From the NCBI GenBank assembly GCA_027604505.1, contig JADIIX010000145.1, forward strand, positions 1 to 54,697: a stretch of 54,697 bases of DNA, in the 5' to 3' direction. Both the position numbers and the translations under genes were made by a program. Positions 52,469-54,697 of this stretch are shown here, piece after piece; position 1 is the stretch's first letter; each line of letters begins with the position of its first letter. Below the pieces are notes generated by a model. It searched no databases, was not told where the DNA came from, and saw only the letters and a list, made by a program, of their open reading frames with translations. Source of the stretch: Gonapodya sp. JEL0774. Taxonomy: Eukaryota.

Positions 52469-54126
52469 TGATATCGATAGATGTTTCGAGTTTGAGCGTT
52501 TTTGAGTGTTTCAGTATCGATTTTCAAGTAATCTGTATCTTCAAGTGAAGATACGTTGTCTCGGTTGGGCACACATTTGGCTCGTGAGAGCGCACGGGCA
52601 TACTTTGCCACCATCATTGTCCACAAGGCTGACGTGAGACTGGAAATATGAAATTCTGACAAAAGAAAACACTTCTGGCAGTCGGTTTTCTCGCAGGACG
52701 ATGAGTCTAGTCTGATGAAGCAGCCAAATCAGCGCCGCATGCATGACGATGCTTCCCTTGGACGGCAAACTCAGTAATCGTGTCTCCCATCTCGGATTCT
52801 AACAAGCAACAACTTGGCAGCTCGTGACTCTGAAACATTTCAGGAGTCTTCATTGGGAAGGTGCGTAGTCGAGTTCGAACTTAATGTTCGTTCATTGCTG
52901 GTATGATCGCTCGCGTTGTCATAGCATTCGTCATCGGTTTGAAATTGAAATGAAGATCCTCAGAGAACAGATCAAATAATCGAGAGTGATTAAAGCTACT
53001 TTGTGACTGCATCCGAAGGATGGACATTCAAGAACACCTCTCCAAAGGACTAATGCAATCCGATCCGGAGTGAAAGAGAAATACCCAAGTTAAGAGCTTC
53101 TATCGGAGGGTGATTCCGCACAGCCTAATTCTTGAGTTTAAGATGACAGGAGGATGGGATTCGTCGGTGATCCATGCCCTGGTCAGCAGGAGAAACATGT
53201 TCGTGATCCACAAAAGAATGTCCCCATCATTCTTCCCTGAGGCATCGAATTCGCCTTGCTTGTTTCAAACGGTAGAATGATGAGATGGATTTCAAGCATC
53301 ACTGCTTCGAAAGTGGATGGTTCGATCAGTTCGATCCAGGGAGAGACTGGTTGCTTTGGATGGATACATGTCATTCCTCGCTTCACTAGAGTAAGTTTTG
53401 TTGATGAACCCCGCAATCATCAGAACAAAGCCACAAAGTACTCATTTAAAGTGGACCCTCCTTCTTTCTGTAATTGTGAGACTCCCTTCTTTTAAAACTG
53501 CCTTCCTCAATATTTCACCAAGACAACAATGTTACAGCGGCACCCATTTCCGACCTGTTCATCGAGATCATGCTCGACGAGGCTGGAGACGATGTCATGT
53601 CAACGTCCGAGAACAAAGGTAGTCGTAGCAGTGAGTCGCAAGGTACTCTTCCTGTTGTGGTGGAGGTGGGGGCCGCAATGCCCTACATCCCAACCTTCCC
53701 CAGTGGATGACGTCGCCATCTAAGGCTTTGCAAACCGCAGCGTCTTTGCCGCGAGGTGTGTTCCAAGCAACGACGTACAGGTTACAGCGCGTCGTGAAAA
53801 CCGTCGGCGAATCGGTGCGGAGCTCTGTCGATCGCTCATCAATATCATACCTATCAAATACAGAAACATGACGTGTATTAACGCCTCGATTTCTATCGGT
53901 GAGATGACGTTGGACTCGTCCCGCTTGCCCGACACTTTCAGGTGTCAACGATTCAGCCAGAAGGATTAGGATAGATTACTAAAGCGTCTCATGAAATTTC
54001 AATTCTCGTATTGTAACTCTTATACCAAATTACATCGTCTGTGACAGTTGGAGGATGAACACTTCCTTTCGAGAGAAGGCATGTGGTTCCGTTTGGTTTC
54101 TTGCGCTGGCTGTTGTTGTTGTCTGC

Positions 54127-54371
54127 CAGTAGGATCCTCAGGGAGACTTTCGCATCGTGTCATGCGAATTCACATGAAACCACGCTGGATTCATATTAGT
54201 TCATATGAGTTCACCTGAATTCATTTTATGTCTTGTTCTAGTCCATGCAATCATCACGGAGGTTTCAGTTATTCATGTGAATTCACATGAGATCATGTGC
54301 TATTTTCAACCATGGTACCTTCATATCTGGTATTCATATGAGATCACATGAATTCAAACGGTTGTCTACTG
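54127..54371. repeat. Degenerate 10-bp palindromic repeat array with short inverted ends (MITE-like)
   Basis: Repeated units of consensus about TTCAYATGAR (GAATTCACATGA, TTCATATGAG, TTCATGTGAATTCACATGA), bounded by CAGTAG...CTACTG. Confidence 0.45.
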
Positions 54372-54697
54372 CAGGATGCATCACTGGTATTCGATATTAT
54401 GTGCAAAATACACGATGTCCCCGGCACCAGTCGAAGACATGTTTGTTCACACGAATTTATCTTGGTTATCCACCTTCGTCCCCTCCCCTGATATTATTGC
54501 ATATTTTCCGAAAACAAAAGAATAACGAACCCACGCATGCATGCCCACTGAACTACAAAACACACGATCCACAGTCCCAATCATACACAACCCACGGCTC
54601 AAACCGACACACTCGCACTTGCACTTCCCGTTCCACTAAACCCCGCTCCATACAAACCAATACCAAAATACCCACATAAACACCCCCCCCCCCCCCC

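Noticed and set aside
52700..54120. Short ORFs, possible transposon or gene remnants
   Set aside because: No transposase, reverse transcriptase or integrase motifs recognisable, and no coherent frame.
54683..54697. Terminal poly-C run
   Set aside because: Homopolymer at the window edge, probably an assembly break; not a telomeric repeat.

Overview
Gene-dense, intron-rich eukaryotic DNA. The protein sequences and short spliceosomal introns point to an early-diverging fungus, probably zoosporic (chytrid-grade); this is inference. By splicing the ORF fragments by hand I reconstruct, left to right: a small orphan gene (+), cytoplasmic dynein heavy chain (-), Nop14 (-), Get3 (+), Chl1/DDX11 helicase (-), mitochondrial bS6m/Mrp17 (+), Yth1/CPSF30 (-), Rpn6 (+), Sgf29 (+), CDK10-like kinase (-), a GT-A glycosyltransferase-like protein (+), a 78-aa Gon7-like protein (-), eIF1A (-), a ZC3H3/Red5-like CCCH protein (+), Atg6/Beclin (-), Asf1 (+), RPL26 (-), SmG (+) and a spliced orphan gene (-). 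Most notable: (1) an unassigned ~318-nt intergenic element (17675-17992) that folds by eye into a closed three-arm RNA structure with strand-specific G-U pairs; (2) a steep CpG-depletion gradient running through the 3' part of the dynein gene to the left edge; (3) extreme packing, with six divergent pairs whose ATGs are 95-133 nt apart, a Chl1 terminal exon antisense inside the Get3 coding exon, and two stop codons sharing one CTAG; (4) at least five GC-AG introns; (5) substitutions in normally conserved eIF1A motifs. Gene models and folds were done by eye, with no database search or folding program.
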